The translations under genes and the position numbers were made by a program. This document shows positions 63,442-64,000 of a stretch of 64,000 bases of DNA, piece by piece (the stretch's first letter is position 1; the number at the start of each line of letters is the position of its first letter). A model generated the notes under the pieces. That model saw only the letters and a program-made list of their open reading frames with translations. It was not told the origin of the DNA and made no database searches. This DNA is from Psilocybe cubensis (taxonomy: Eukaryota), in the NCBI GenBank assembly GCA_017499595.2, contig CM039002.1:62001-126000 (forward strand). Direction: 5' to 3'.

Positions 63442-64000
63442 CAGGGCAGAGCTTGTAGCAGTGCAGACGTTCTCCCCTTCTAAGCGTCCGCGGTGTGGTT
63501 TGCTGATTGCGCCTTCAGTCTTGCGGCCTCCCTGTTTGGCTGTTGATCGCCTGCGGCTTTGGAAGCCGTTTCCTGTGTGGTCAGGTGCTGCAGCAGTGCG
63601 TCAGTCCTCGGAGGAAGAGCTAGTGCGGGTTTTGGACTTGCTGAGCTGCACATGGGCGCCGGCAACCAAGGTTGTTTATGGTGCTGGTTTATTGGTTTTT
63701 AACGTCTACTGTGATCAGCGCAACCCGCCTATACCGGAGGGTGACCGCGGGCCCATCTCAACCTCTCTGTTGTTGGAATTCATTGCAGCGTGCGCAGGTT
63801 TGTATGCAGGTTCCACACTCCGCAACTATTTTTACGGTTTGCGTGCTTGGCATACCCTGCATGGGTTGACTTGGGCGGTGGACGAGACACGCGCTTCTGC
63901 CGCTCTCACCGCGGCAGAGCGAGTTGCTCCGCCATCTGCTCGATCACCACGTTTACCCCTGCGTGTGGCGGACATCGAGGCCATGTACACTCGTCTGAAC
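63353..64000 (+). CDS. Tyrosine recombinase, N-terminal part; runs off the window
   Basis: Open frame from ATG 63353 overlapping the end of pol: LRPPCLAVDRLRLW...WAPATKVVYGAGLLVFNVYCD...FIAACAGLYAGSTLRNYFYGLRAWHTLHG, typical of the N-terminal domain of fungal DIRS/Ngaro YR. Absent from the ORF track because it has no stop in the window. Confidence 0.88.
   Translation, partial: MTPGSTRSGHWTFLNGETTNTPSRKRGQSSRAELVAVQTFSPSKRPRCGLLIAPSVLRPPCLAVDRLRLWKPFPVWSGAAAVRQSSEEELVRVLDLLSCTWAPATKVVYGAGLLVFNVYCDQRNPPIPEGDRGPISTSLLLEFIAACAGLYAGSTLRNYFYGLRAWHTLHGLTWAVDETRASAALTAAERVAPPSARSPRLPLRVADIEAMYTRLN

Larger units (their letters stand above)
59193..64000 (+). mobile_element. Tyrosine-recombinase retrotransposon (DIRS order, Ngaro-like), truncated by the window end
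   Basis: Interrupts the conserved ...CCGATAAGAT|AAATA motif seen intact at about 5916-5930. Order gag, RT/RNase H, YR on one strand with overlapping frames; no methyltransferase or DDE integrase seen. Confidence 0.92.

Noticed and set aside
1-64000. tRNA, rRNA or telomeric repeats
   Set aside because: None recognised by eye; tRNAscan-SE or Infernal would be needed to exclude them formally.

Overview
Eukaryotic, almost certainly fungal (Agaricomycete-like) genomic DNA. The evidence is short 45-65 bp GT-AG introns, TATA-box genes and a fungal Ngaro/DIRS-type retrotransposon; the species cannot be determined from the sequence. Most of the window is a mosaic of diverged direct segmental duplications (roughly 1-28 kb versus 43.8-59.2 kb, some blocks in 3-4 copies). 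These carry about nine minus-strand copies, mostly decayed, of an uncharacterised multi-exon gene family with a conserved palindromic upstream module. A single-copy island at 35-42.5 kb holds an intact small secreted Cys-rich protein, an intact glutathione S-transferase and a BEM46/ABHD13-like alpha/beta-hydrolase whose nucleophile Ser is Gly. Paralogous empty sites let insertions be delimited closely. (1) A 5.0 kb non-autonomous Helentron/Helitron2-like element (20741-25743) carries two cargo genes (F-box-like plus nucleotidyltransferase-like motif; possible OB-fold) and 41-43 bp palindromes. (2) An inverted 1.56 kb relative is nested inside its cargo gene; its ends are defined by homology to the outer termini and by restoring the reading frame. 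(3) A 2.15 kb TIR element has a 9-bp TSD (MULE-like). (4) A tyrosine-recombinase retrotransposon runs off the right end. All calls come from manual reading; no database searches were run.
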